DNA from: Spirogloea muscicola
Lineage: Eukaryota
Assembly: GCA_009602725.1 (NCBI GenBank)
Contig: WELB01000007.1
Coordinates: 355,187-419,115, forward strand
Length of the DNA stretch: 63,929 bases
Direction of reading: 5' to 3'
Positions 48,002-62,472 of the stretch are shown piece after piece. A program made the position numbers and the translations under genes. The notes under the pieces are model-generated. The model did no database searches and was not told the origin of the DNA. It saw only the letters and a list, made by a program, of their open reading frames with translations. Within the stretch, counting starts at the first letter, position 1. Each line of letters starts with the position of its first letter.

Positions 48002-51000
48002 TTAGTAGATCTGCAGGAGTTTCGGGCTGATGACATCGCTCTCAGCAAAATGACGCACTTCAGCCTGCAAGAGCACAATGAGTGCAGAGTGAATTTTTGT
48101 TTCAACTGTAGTTTGTCTAAGGAAGACGACAAGCATTTCACTACCATGACAGCTGAGACTAAACATTTCTTTCAATAATGAAAACAAGAGCACTGCAGTC
48201 CATCAACAGATGGCAGATTGCACAAGGAAAAATCACCAACTTAATGGTCCGCAGCTTTGCTGGTAACAAACTGACCTCGCGGACGGCCAGGACGCACTGC
48301 ACAAGCTTTGGACCAAGAGCTTCGCTTAAGGCTGCATCCAGCCTGAGCTCGTTGATGGCCTCCTGGAGCGTCGCCGGGAGCCTTTTCACCTTGTCAGAAG
48401 GGGACTCGGCTGGGTTGAGCACTGCATCGAAGCACAGGCAGCTCACAGTCACTTCTCTGTGCCCTTGCCCGTAATTTGGTGCAGGTAATGTGTCTTATGA
48501 GAATTACCTATTACCAGCAAAGGAGCAGATTACGAAGCTAAGCAAAGGGTGCTGCCAATTGGAAACACAGCAACTTACGAGTGGCTTCGGGCAGCTCCAA
48601 GCCCCTTCGCAGGCCATCTAAGCCTGCTCCAAGCACAGCAGCAAGGCCGAGGTAGGGGTTTGCACAGCCATCGAATGCCTTGAGCTCGAAGTTTGTGGCT
48701 GTGGCATGCCCGGGAGGCTTGGCAACTCTCAATGGGGCCTCCCTGTTCTCAAAGCCCCAGCACTGATACGCACCGGCCCACATATTTGGCTGCAGTCGCA
48801 AGTAGCTGCACATGGACATCATGTCAGACTGAACATTCTTAATAGTCAAATTAAATGCAACAAGTTAAGTCATTGAATGCAGCACGATAAAAGTGTCAGC
48901 AATAAACAGGACATTACCTTGGCATTCGGAAACTTGGATGTAGCGATTTCAGTAGTGTCCAGCTTCACCTGTTTGGGTGCGGCGCAGTGAAGGGGAGCAG
49001 GGCCGGAAGGTGTGCGAGCACCCCAGCCATGAAGCTCTCGCCGGTGCACGATACCCCCTTGCCCACGTCATCGTCATTCTCTTCGCAGAAGGCATTCTGG
49101 CCGCCCGCTGTCCACAAGCTAAGATGCACGTGGCACCCACTCGCTGCTCCGTCCACAGAGCTCCTGCCAAAGCCTCGCAGATGATGCAGGGGTTTACCAT
49201 TATGGGTTTTCTGAGCATGCCTCATTGCAGACCCCTAGCTCCCAAGCTGTGCTACTGTGCAGTCTGCTCCAGTGAGCTGCTGAGAGGGGACTCACTTTGG
49301 CAGGAAAGTGGAATGATAGCCACTTGAGCGGCTGACGGCTGTAATTGCTTCTTTGGCGTAGAGCAGATTGTCTGCAGCCTGCAGGGCCTCCTCATGGGCA
49401 AGCGCACACTCAAATTGACCATGCCCTGATTCGGAGTGTACCTGTCCCATAGACTGACTTGTTATCACTATCTCACACTTTGTGAACAAGATAAGTCACG
49501 ACGGTAATAGTCTCTGCTGGACAGAGGCCTAGCAAAAGCTGCCAAGCACTACCTGCTCTACTCTCACTCCCATGCTGCCGATCGTGGTTGACATCTTTGC
49601 CAGGAGCGGCGCAAGTGCATCGAACGCAGCGGAGGAGCAGTATGGGAGGCAGTCCACAGGAACAAGCTCTCGTCCCTCAGCCCCCGTGCTGCAGAATGAC
49701 GGAAAAAAAGTTCGTGGTCAAATTATCTCGGGAGAAGTCAAGCAAGCAAGTGGACATCCATATGTGCGTCTGCTGGAGGTACTCACCCCAGAGAGGGGTT
49801 GGGCTTGAGAAGCGAGAACTCGACCTCAAAGCCTGCCCTCAAGGATAGACCAAACTCCTCAGTAAGCGTCGCCAGCAGTCTCCGCAGTATGCTTCGCGGG
49901 CAGAGGTCCCACGCTGTGCCCGGCGCTGTGTGCATCTCGACCATCACCATGTCCTCTTCCTGCTGCCTACATAGACTGACTGAGACTTCAGGAGTCTAGG
50001 GTCTTCAGAATTGCATTGTCTTTGAACCTTGGGATGCCGGGGTCTTGTATTGGAAAATGTCAAAGCACACTAACAAAAGGCTGACGTTGGAGGACTGATA
50101 GGGTCAAAGGGGTTAATCTGGGAGCAGTACCAAGGAAGCTGCCGCCTTGTTGCATGGACAGGCACCAGGTGAACCTCCCCAACTGCGGTCAGGCCACTGT
50201 TTTTGGCAGGAGCATCGCTGTGTGAGCTCGTCGCCATGCAGCCCTGTGTGATGCCTATGCCATGCTGACAAACCACCTTCTCGAAGCGCTCAATGGGCAC
50301 TCCCTGCACCACAGCGCACTTATCAGAAACCAGAGAAGCACAAAAGCAACTGCACTCTTGAGACGATCATGTATCAAAAACCTGAAGGCAGCATACCACA
50401 TGATAGGCCTGCAAGACAGCTTACCCTGACTCGGCGGATCCCTGCACTATCGACATAGAGGAGTCTGACGAGCCTGGTGCTGCTGCAGTTTTGCCCCTCA
50501 AATTCTGCGTTCCTTGCAGAGCTGTTCAAAAAAGTCACTCGGGATGGAGGCGCCGTGGCTGCCGGCAGCTCGAGCATGTACAGCCTCTCAGCATTTCTCC
50601 TCAGGATGTCATGTGCAGCCTCCACCGCTTCTGTAGAAGTAAGGTCGCCGTTGTCCATGGCACCGCACAGCGTGGACTCCAGAGCTCCCCGCCCGCACTT
50701 CGCCGCTGTCCACACCCAGAGCAGCCCGTTCTGGTCACCCGTTGCAAGCAACATTCATCTCTGCCCCTCATTGACGGAGTTGACTAGCGCTTTTACATGA
50801 GGGTGACCATAGTCATCCTTCTTCAGAGGTAGACTGAATAGGGAGCTCAGTGGCCAACCCTTGGCTTACCCAGATAATAAGTCTCAGCATATGCATACCC
50901 ATCTCCACTGTACATGACCTGCACCAGAGATAAAGCTTGCCTGACTTATGGGGAGACACGGAGTGATCTTAAGTGCACTGTCTGCTGAAAAGTAGAATAG

Positions 51001-53472
51001 ACATTAAAAAGTCATCTACTTGCTCCTCTCCTCTTGAATTTGTATATGCTCACTCATCAGTACTGACGTCCACTTCAGCCGGCTTTCGCACTGTTACCTT
51101 AGCCCCCCTTAGCATAGGGCTTCGCTTTGTGTAGCCGCAGTATTTGCACTAGCTTTTGCCTGAGTTGTGTATCGCTTTTGATTTCCTCCCTTGCATCTCA
51201 CGCGTGCCTTCTCTTTTTTGTCTTAGTAGAGGTTGGATCTACATCAATAAGCCCAGTGCTGCAGCCCAAACTTTGATTGGAGGTTGCAGCAAACCTTGTT
51301 AATAGGAGCAAGACTTTGTAGCTCCTTCAAGGTCTGCTGCATGCCAGCGACGGAGAGCTTTGGTACAGCCAGCCCAAAGTCAACATAGACCTGAAGCACA
51401 TGAAGCACATCATAGGCTCAGCTGGATCAGATCGGGATTGAAAAATTATGTAACCTGCAGACTTTGAGACAAGGCACACAGTCTGCAATATTTTACCTGG
51501 CTGTAGACGCTGGCAAGGTAGCCGGCCTCCCTGGCAAAGGGATAGGAAGCGTGGAGCAAGACAATGCGGCTGGTCTGGAAGCTTGGGTGCTCCAGCACGG
51601 CCCGGAGGTGGAGGGGATTGGCCAGTCTCAAATCCAGATCCTTGTCCCCAAACCTGCATGCGTTTTCCCCCAAGAGCTTCGTAGCTTGTCAGGCTTGCAC
51701 TGATCTGCAGCTTCAGCAGATACTTTCTAGTGCCATTGTGCTCAATGGACGTCGAGTCGCCCGTCAGCTCCTATAAGCACAAGGCAGTAAAAGCAACAAA
51801 TAGCAAGGCAGCAGGGAAAAGACAGCTTGTGAGGACTGATGATCTACGCAATGTGTAAGGGTTCACAATGATACCCTGTATGAATCTGGAGTGGGATGCT
51901 GCGCATCGTCGCGACTCTCAGTCCCGTCAAGAAGATGTAGTCAATGAGATCCTTGTTGGTGATCCGGCCAGGACCTGCATCACAGCATTGTCAAGCCAGG
52001 CTGCTCCACGCACATTTTCTGGGTTCTTGCTGATTGCTTCAGCAGGGTGCCATGTGCTGAGCAATGCCTTGATAACAGATGCAGCGACTTCTCTGCTTTT
52101 GAAGCTCATGCCTCTCCATATGTCTTGGTCCAGGGCACGCTTTGCAGCAGATCTGACTGTGTCAATGTCTGGATTGATGTCCAGTCCGCTGCGGTACGCT
52201 GCAATGCTCTTGAAGGCCACCACATCGTCACCCGCTGTGCTAGCGAGCAGTCAAGGACATCGGCTGGAGAGCTTTGTCTTGAAGTACCTCTGCAACTCTG
52301 CATCTGCTAAGGCTCAGGGCATAATCATCGCATTTTGCATTTTACATGGTACAGCAGCACATGATTGGCACATTGCAGCCGGGAAAGGCAAGGGAAAGGC
52401 ATGAGATGGCATCCTGTGGCGCATGCTGGATAGGATATTGGTTAAGGGCCGACAGAAAGCGAGCTTCAAAGTCGTCCAGCAAGTCTGGCGAGCCCGACTG
52501 CTGCTGCTTGGCCTGCGCTGGCAGCCCGTTGCTCGTCCAGACTCAGGGCCTCGCCTTGCTGCCGCTCACCTCGACATCACGAGCGCGCGCAGCTGCGAGC
52601 AGATACGAGCAGGCTAGCCCAACCTTCACCGTAGCGCATCCCCTCTGTGTGCTTACCTTCCACACGTCCTTCAACTGGTCAGGCAGCACAGTAGCCAGAC
52701 TTGGGTTGTCACAATAGTGTACTCTAGAGTGTATAAGAAGACGCCCTCTCTGGCACAATGCTGAGCTTGCAACCACAAAGACTGACCCAGGTCTTCTTCA
52801 GCGCTGCTTGTGTGAATGAGCGAGAGATTTGAATGTGGGTTTGCCTCAAGGAGCCTGGTCTCGTCCGCACCTCCTGCACGACTTGCTCAGCGACGGCCTC
52901 CAGGCGGAGGACGCGCTTCACGACGGGCACGAACTGCCGGTGCCACGTCAGCGGGAGCGCAGCCGCGGGGTCCGGGCCGAGGGCCAGGCCGTCGTCGACG
53001 AGGATCGCAGCGAGGTGGGCCTCCTTCAGGAGCAGCGCCGCCGAGCCCTCCGGGCCCAGCTCACGACGACGCGCCTCCAGGGCCTGCAGCGACGGCGCCA
53101 CGCCGTAGACTGCCGCCAGGTCCCGCACGCTCCGCTGCCGGCGCGTCGAGTGCCAAGTTGGGTGCCCATAAGCACGCCGTCGTTTTGGTGTCAGGACGTC
53201 GACTGCGTCCAGTGTAGCCCTGAGACTCACATTACGCAGCTGGCTCTGCGGCGCACCTTGAAGCTCAGCGTGTGCACTGCGTCGCCGAGCGCAGCGCCGT
53301 CGGCCTCGGAGAAGAGGCGCAGGTATGGCACCCCGCCGGCAGGCCCGGCGCCGCCGTCGCCGGCCAGATTGTGGCAGTGCTGGTCCACTGCCGCGCAGGC
53401 CCATACTGCCGCGGCAATGGCGGCAGCGCCGCCGGGCTCCGACTCAACGGCGGCTCCTTGGGAGTGCGCCAT
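48002..53472 (-). CDS. NodGS: NodGS / FluG-like amidohydrolase-glutamine synthetase type I fusion
   Basis: N-terminal [39 protein letters not shown]-terminal GS-like [49 protein letters not shown]. The gene contains AT-AC and GC-AG introns. Confidence 0.93.
51030..51145 (+). mobile_element. RLE-element 3' fragment inside a NodGS intron (antisense to host)
   Basis: ttagccccccttagcatagggcttcgctttgtgtagcc and the upstream LTHQY* align with the minus strand of 19320-19420 (ttagcccccctttacttagggctgcgctctgtgtagcc; LTRRY). Confidence 0.65.
52237..52438 (-). other. U12-type (minor spliceosome) AT-AC intron in NodGS
   Basis: Donor ATATCCTA at 52438, branch site TCCTTGAC at 52257-52250 and AC acceptor at 52238-52237. 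Removing it restores the frame ...[19 protein letters not shown]. Confidence 0.88.
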
Positions 53473-54163
53473 GCCAGACGTGGGGACTGCGGCCACGCCC
53501 CGGAGATCACCCTGAGTGACCACCTCGGCAGCCAGCAAGTCCTGGTGACACTCTGGAGTCCGCTGCACCGAAGCTCAGGACATGCAAAGCTGGCGGCGGC
53601 GGCAGCTCAGGGCTCTGGCCTGTTTCTCAGCCCAGCTTCTGTTGGCTCCCCTATATTCTGAGCACTGCAGCAGCTGTGCAGCAGCTGCACGACTCTGAGG
53701 CCAGTGTGAGCGGCAGCCACGCTGCCGAAGCAGCTCGATGGTATCATCTCTGCAAGGTCAAGTTGCAGCTGGCCTCGTGCAACTTAAGCACAGTGACTGA
53801 CTAGTTCATGATTGCGTTGCCAGAGCGTCTATTATTTGTCCAGCGCAATGTAGGTTGCCCCGCTGCAGTGCTTAGTGATGACACTCTGGAGCGTTCGGAT
53901 CTTGGCGGTTGATGGTTGCCCCAAGCAACGTCCCAAATGCGGCAGCAATGTGATCCATAGTCGACGCAAGCCAGCAACTCCGACCAAGACTTCGAGAGCA
54001 AGACATGGCCGCGCTGCGCAGCTTGTAGGGACTGCATGCAGGGCCGAGGCAATACACAATCACGGCATTCGCTTCACCGCCTCCGACTCTGGCTCGGGAA
54101 TGTTGCGAGCCGTAAATAGGACCGGCCGTGTCTACAAGTCCAACTCCCTGTCGCAGCTTCTCT

Positions 54164-55040
54164 TCACCGCGGCCGCTTGCTGTCAGGAGGGCGCTGGGAA
54201 ATGGGAATGCAGCGCTTGAGGTCGCGGTCGTACAGATATCCTGGCGCGCAGAGTGGCACGCACGCTGCCGTGACAGGGTCGAGGTAGAACCCGACGGGAC
54301 ACGACTCGCTGCGGCCAAAAACGTACGCCGCGAGCCATTGCAGCGCCGCCTCGCCTGGCCGCCGCCTGCGCTTCTGAGTGGCGCCTCCCTGAGGCGAAGG
54401 CACAGCAAGTGGGGACAGGCTCTGAGAGCAATGGTGGGTGGCCCACCGGCAAAGCTCGCGCTGCTCGCCATGAGCATGCCCTGGCCGCCGCAAGGAGCGG
54501 GGGCGACGCACCTGGTACGGCACGCAGGCGTCGAGCTCGGCGTCGAACACGAAGCCGTCGCCGCAGGCCGGCGGAACCAGCTGGGCTCCCGCCGGCGGAG
54601 GCGGCGGCGCGGCCATGGAGGCGGCGGAGGGCTGCGCCGGCTGCGCGGCAAGGACGCAGGCCTTGGCGGCGGCGTCCCAGGCGTAGCCGGGGCGGCAGAC
54701 GTAGACGCAGGCGCGGGTGCGGGGGTCGAGGTACCGGCCGTCGCCGCACGGGTTGGCGGGGTACACGCGCTCCGCCGCCGCCTTCACCAGCCTGCGGCTT
54801 GGCAATGACGGCGCTGAGTCGGCAGGCGGCTCCGCCGCGCTTCGCGGCGCGGATGGCGGCGGAGCCGGCGCGAGCGCCTCACCACGCGGGCAGGGCCGCC
54901 CAGTCGATGGCCGCCGACACTGCCGGCGTCCTCCGGTGCACCTTCCGGACGCCGCCGCGGCGACCGCCAGCATTGTCAAGGCGGCGGCACGGAAGAGCCG
55001 GCGGGCAGACCACGCGGCCGCCCGCCGGCGCCGCAGCGGC
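54164..55040 (-). CDS. Unknown probably secreted protein with five CxxGxxxDx5C repeats
   Basis: Hydrophobic Ala/Leu leader (candidate Met 54973) and putative introns 54792-54941 and 54374-54511. Repeats are CGDGRYLDPRTRAC, CRPGYAWDAAAKAC, CGDGFVFDAELDAC, CPVGFYLDPVTAAC and CAPGYLYDRDLKRC. The stop is at 54164. Confidence 0.7.
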
Positions 55041-55059
55041 AAGCATCGTAGTCGCCGCC

Positions 55060-55850
55060 GTTCGGAGTAACTTGCAGGTAAAAAAAAACTGAACAGCGCT
55101 GCCAAATTGACTGGTGAAAAAGGGGCATCACGACGAGACCCAGAAGTAGCAGCCATAGCAAGGCTTGCCCGCAAGTTCCAAAGGAACGAACAAGGCAGAA
55201 AAGAGAGAAGGGCTCGCCCATTGAGGATAGGGACTGAAAAAAGCCAGTCCGAAATAGAATGGACAAAGTACGAGAAGGGGCCAAGGGAATCACTAAGAAA
55301 ACAAGCACAAAAAATTGCTGCTGATATGAAAGATTCGGCTGTAAATTGCCAGCCAGATGCATACAGGTGTTCATGGCGGAGCCAAAGGCTAGGCAGACAG
55401 GGCACCCTCAATACCCCCGTGTCAGCACTAGGAAGTCGGATGAGCTGAGGGGAGGAAGAGCAACCCCGCTGCGCGAACCAGAGGCTGCTGCAAGGGCGCA
55501 ACCAGCCCGGCGATGTAAAGCAATCGCCTGGGACCCCTGTAGGCACATAGATAAACGCATTCGGTAGCAGGAAAGAGAGAGAAGGCGCGCGGGGCGCATG
55601 AGATGAAATGGAGGCCAATCCAAGCCGATACATTGTTCAGGCTGAATCTAGGGCAAATTAAACAGGGCTACATAATCTGGAGACGGAAACTAAGGCGCCT
55701 AAAGTGATATCAGTCACCCGGGTGAGCACAAAGAAATCCGACAAGCTAACTTGGGGAGCTGGAGCGCCGCCACGAAAGCCGGAGGCCTGACTTTGAGCGC
55801 GCCCTGCACGTTGATGACGAGCCAATGCTTGCGAGTGCTGCAAACAAAGG
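55060..55850 (-). mobile_element. Stack of same-orientation 3'-terminal RLE-element fragments
   Basis: RHQRAGRAQSQASGFRGG..FVLTRV (55658-55843), MRLSMCLQGSQAIALHRRAGCALAAASGSR..VLTRGY (55408-55570), a 3' hairpin module at 55203-55266, AMAATSGSRR, and PASYS. Confidence 0.75.
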
Positions 55851-56053
55851 AAACAAGACCCAAAGGCACCGAGCCACCGGGAGGGGCTGCACCCTGTTCA
55901 CAGCGCCGCTGGTCAGCTTGAGAGGCCATCGAAGAAATCGTCCCGGCTACAGCTTGAGGCGGAGCCCAATGGGGCCAGGTGACTCGACATCCTCTTTGGT
56001 GCGTGCCCGTCCCATTGCTGTCTTTCATGAAATTTGTATGAGTCTCCACTGAG

Positions 56054-58027
56054 GGTCGACTGCCGTTCCTGGAGGCGGTGGCGGCGCGGATCGCGGCGAG
56101 CCGGCCCGGCTGGCGGCGGCGGGGCGGCGGGCTGTCGCTGCGTCCGGGCCTCGCGCTGCTCATCTCCGACCACTCCCGCATCCTGCTGCCCCCCAGTCGG
56201 CACCCACTTACCCTAAACCCAAACCCTAAACCCTGTACTTGACACTTCTAGAATAATCTAAACTACGTCTAAACTCTCCTCTTCTTAAACCCCAGCCCGA
56301 ACTTCCATGGCTTGAACCCAGGCCCTGCAGTCTCGAGTCCTACTGCAGCTGCCCGCCGCAGTGGCGCTTGTCGGCGCTCAGCCTGCCCCAGCCAAAGGCA
56401 GGGCATCGAGCACTGCACTGAAGCTAAACCCTGAATTCAAATCAAAACCCTGACATTTCCAGTCAGAGAACGTTACCTCTCGAATTGCGCAGTTGCCATT
56501 GAATTGGGCTCGCCGACGGCGCGACCGCCAGACTGAGCGTGACTTGCTGCTGCTCTGCTCGGGCCTCAGGTGCCGACGGCGCCTCTCCGCCGACCATCTG
56601 TGTCGAGATCAAGGTGCGTCACCCGTGCTCCGCACCCAGAAGGTGGAGCCTTCAGCAGTCTTCGCTGCGCTCTCAGTGCCCAAGTGGCGAGCTAGAGGGT
56701 CTCGCTGGGTGGCCACTGACGTGCACCGATGCTGCCATTTCCTGCCCGTCTTCGCGGGTGCAGACCAAATGCGGGTTCCTGCCCGCGGCGCCAGCCATCG
56801 CTCCTGGCAACGCCGTGAAGCGCTGCACGTCCCGCTTTGCCATGCACCAGCACCTCAAGCTCGCCAATGGAAAGGTGGGCCACTCTCGTGGGCCTCCGTG
56901 CCGCAGCCCCGGCTATCCGCCAGCCTCGCTGCGCAAGCTGCCCCTTTAGCAATTGCTAGCCCGTCTTACCTTTGATTTCTAAGCGCAAATTCTTCATGCC
57001 AAATGCTCTACCTCAAGCTTGACATCTACATGACGAGCCTCGACTTTACGTCTTCAATGACTATCAAATGATGAGACATCGATGCGCTTGCAAGCATGTG
57101 CAGCTTGACAACCTGAGCAAGTATGACCCGCTGGACCTCTTCTCTGGCTCGGCTCCTCGTGTGGCGGCAGCGCTGGACGCTCTTCTGGACACGCCACAGA
57201 ACAACCTGCATGTGTTCAGGGACGGCGCCGAGATCTTTGGGAGCCACTCGGAAGCCACGGCAGCAGAGCAGAGCGGCAGTGCTGCGCAGGCAGTGCTTGA
57301 GGCAGGCCTGGAGGGGTTTGTGACCCTGCCCGCCGGCCAGCGGCTGGCAGCGCTGGTTGGCATGCTCATGGAGCAATTTGTCGGCAAGGATGTGCTCGCC
57401 AGGCTCCTGGCGGCGCAGCGCCTGGATGTGGCAGATGTTGAGGGCGCCATCCACGCGTATGACAGGCTCTTTGGCTGTCCTGACGGCATTGATGGTGATG
57501 CTCTACTCAAGCAATCTAGCACGCAGGACGACGAGCACATGCGCTGGCGGGCTGCCATCACAGACATACGAGTGCTGCCGATGGAGGAGTGCCGGAAGCT
57601 CGTCCGTGACTTCCTCATCGCGGCGACAGCCAAGGACTGTGGCCTCATGGTCGCATTCTGCGGCCTGCCAGACAGCATCGATGCCGTGCAGATTGGCGAG
57701 CGCGGAACCGTGGTGACCTGTATCGAGACTGGCCAGCACTTCTTCTGCAAGGTCTTATCTGGATCTTCCAAGCAGAATGAAGCTGATGCATTAATGGCCG
57801 ACTGAAGTAGCAAATGCATCATCATTTCTTGCATGGTTAGTTACTGGCCTCATTGTGCGATACGCTCTTCTGAGCTTCATGGAGGCAACTGAATTTGTCA
57901 TACACTTGGCCCGCAGATGTCCTTTGTGGACCTCGACATGAAGCCACTGGCCAAGTTTCCGAGCTATTACAAGCTTGACGCCCAGATTGTGGAACACTAC
58001 AAGGGCGCTCAACATCAACACTCCTAG
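56054..58027 (+). CDS. IPK1: Inositol-pentakisphosphate 2-kinase (IPK1), N-terminal exons not found
   Basis: FLEAV..RPGWR..ALLISDHS | ICVEIK|TKCGFL..SRFAMHQHLK | YDPLDLFSGS..TPQNNL..LDVADVEG..FLIAATAKDC | FVDLDMKPL..YYKLD. Confidence 0.9.
56211..56234 (+). repeat. Interstitial telomere-like repeat / telo-boxes (CCCTAAA)n in IPK1 intron
   Basis: ccctaaa-cccaaa-ccctaaa-ccct, with further AAACCCT-like motifs at about 56425 and 56444. Confidence 0.7.
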
Positions 58028-58500
58028 CTTATGTCTTTAGCTTATATCTTTAACAGTTACACTTTCTCTTTCATATCTGCACAAGTGGCAGACCCTTACA
58101 ATCTTTTGCCGTGCTTGTTGAGGCAGTCAATTTGCAATGCGGTCTTTTTCTAATGGAGTAGACCAGGTACAGCAAGCTGAGCCAGATTAAAAGCCAAGGA
58201 TCATAGTCAAATTATCAAATGCTTGGTGTAAGTACTCGAAGTGACAGATCAGGACTGCTGCTAGCCTTAAGACTTGAGGCATCTGCAAAGAGTTTACAGC
58301 CTGAAGCACGCAGGCAATACATCAAGCTTGACTGGGGGCCTGCTATAGCCATAACCAGACAATTGTGAGACTGCAAGGCAAGCTGACCACGTCCTTTTCA
58401 ACTTATTAGTGGTCAACACCTTAGGCAAGCGTGAGGCACCTGGCCATGCCGGCATCAGGTGCCATAATCTTGCTGCAACCCTTAGTAAGCGAGTACGCTG

Positions 58501-62245
<3,745 letters not shown>

Positions 62246-62353
62246 GACGCCCCGCCGCCGCCGCCTCCGCCGCCGCCGCCGCCGCCTCCGCCGCCGCCTG
62301 CGGTCATAAAAGCCGTCGCCCGACTTGCATGTAGGGCAAATGCTCAGTTGTAG

Positions 62354-62472
62354 GTTTAGGGTTCGGGGTAATGGTGTCTAGGGTTTGCGGAATTATGGGT
62401 TTAGGGTTTGGCAGCACCGGCTGCGAGCGTCGGCAATGGGGGTTTAGGGCTATCGGGCTTATTAGGGTTTAG
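62354..62472 (+). repeat. Cluster of degenerate TTTAGGG telo motifs upstream of AGD5
   Basis: About five spaced (GGG)TTTAGGG/TAGGGTTT units within 120 bp. Confidence 0.7.

Noticed and set aside
54040..54090. GGGEANAVIVY on the minus strand as the missing IPK1 glycine loop
   Set aside because: It is on the wrong strand, lies in the 3' flank of another gene and has no further homology.
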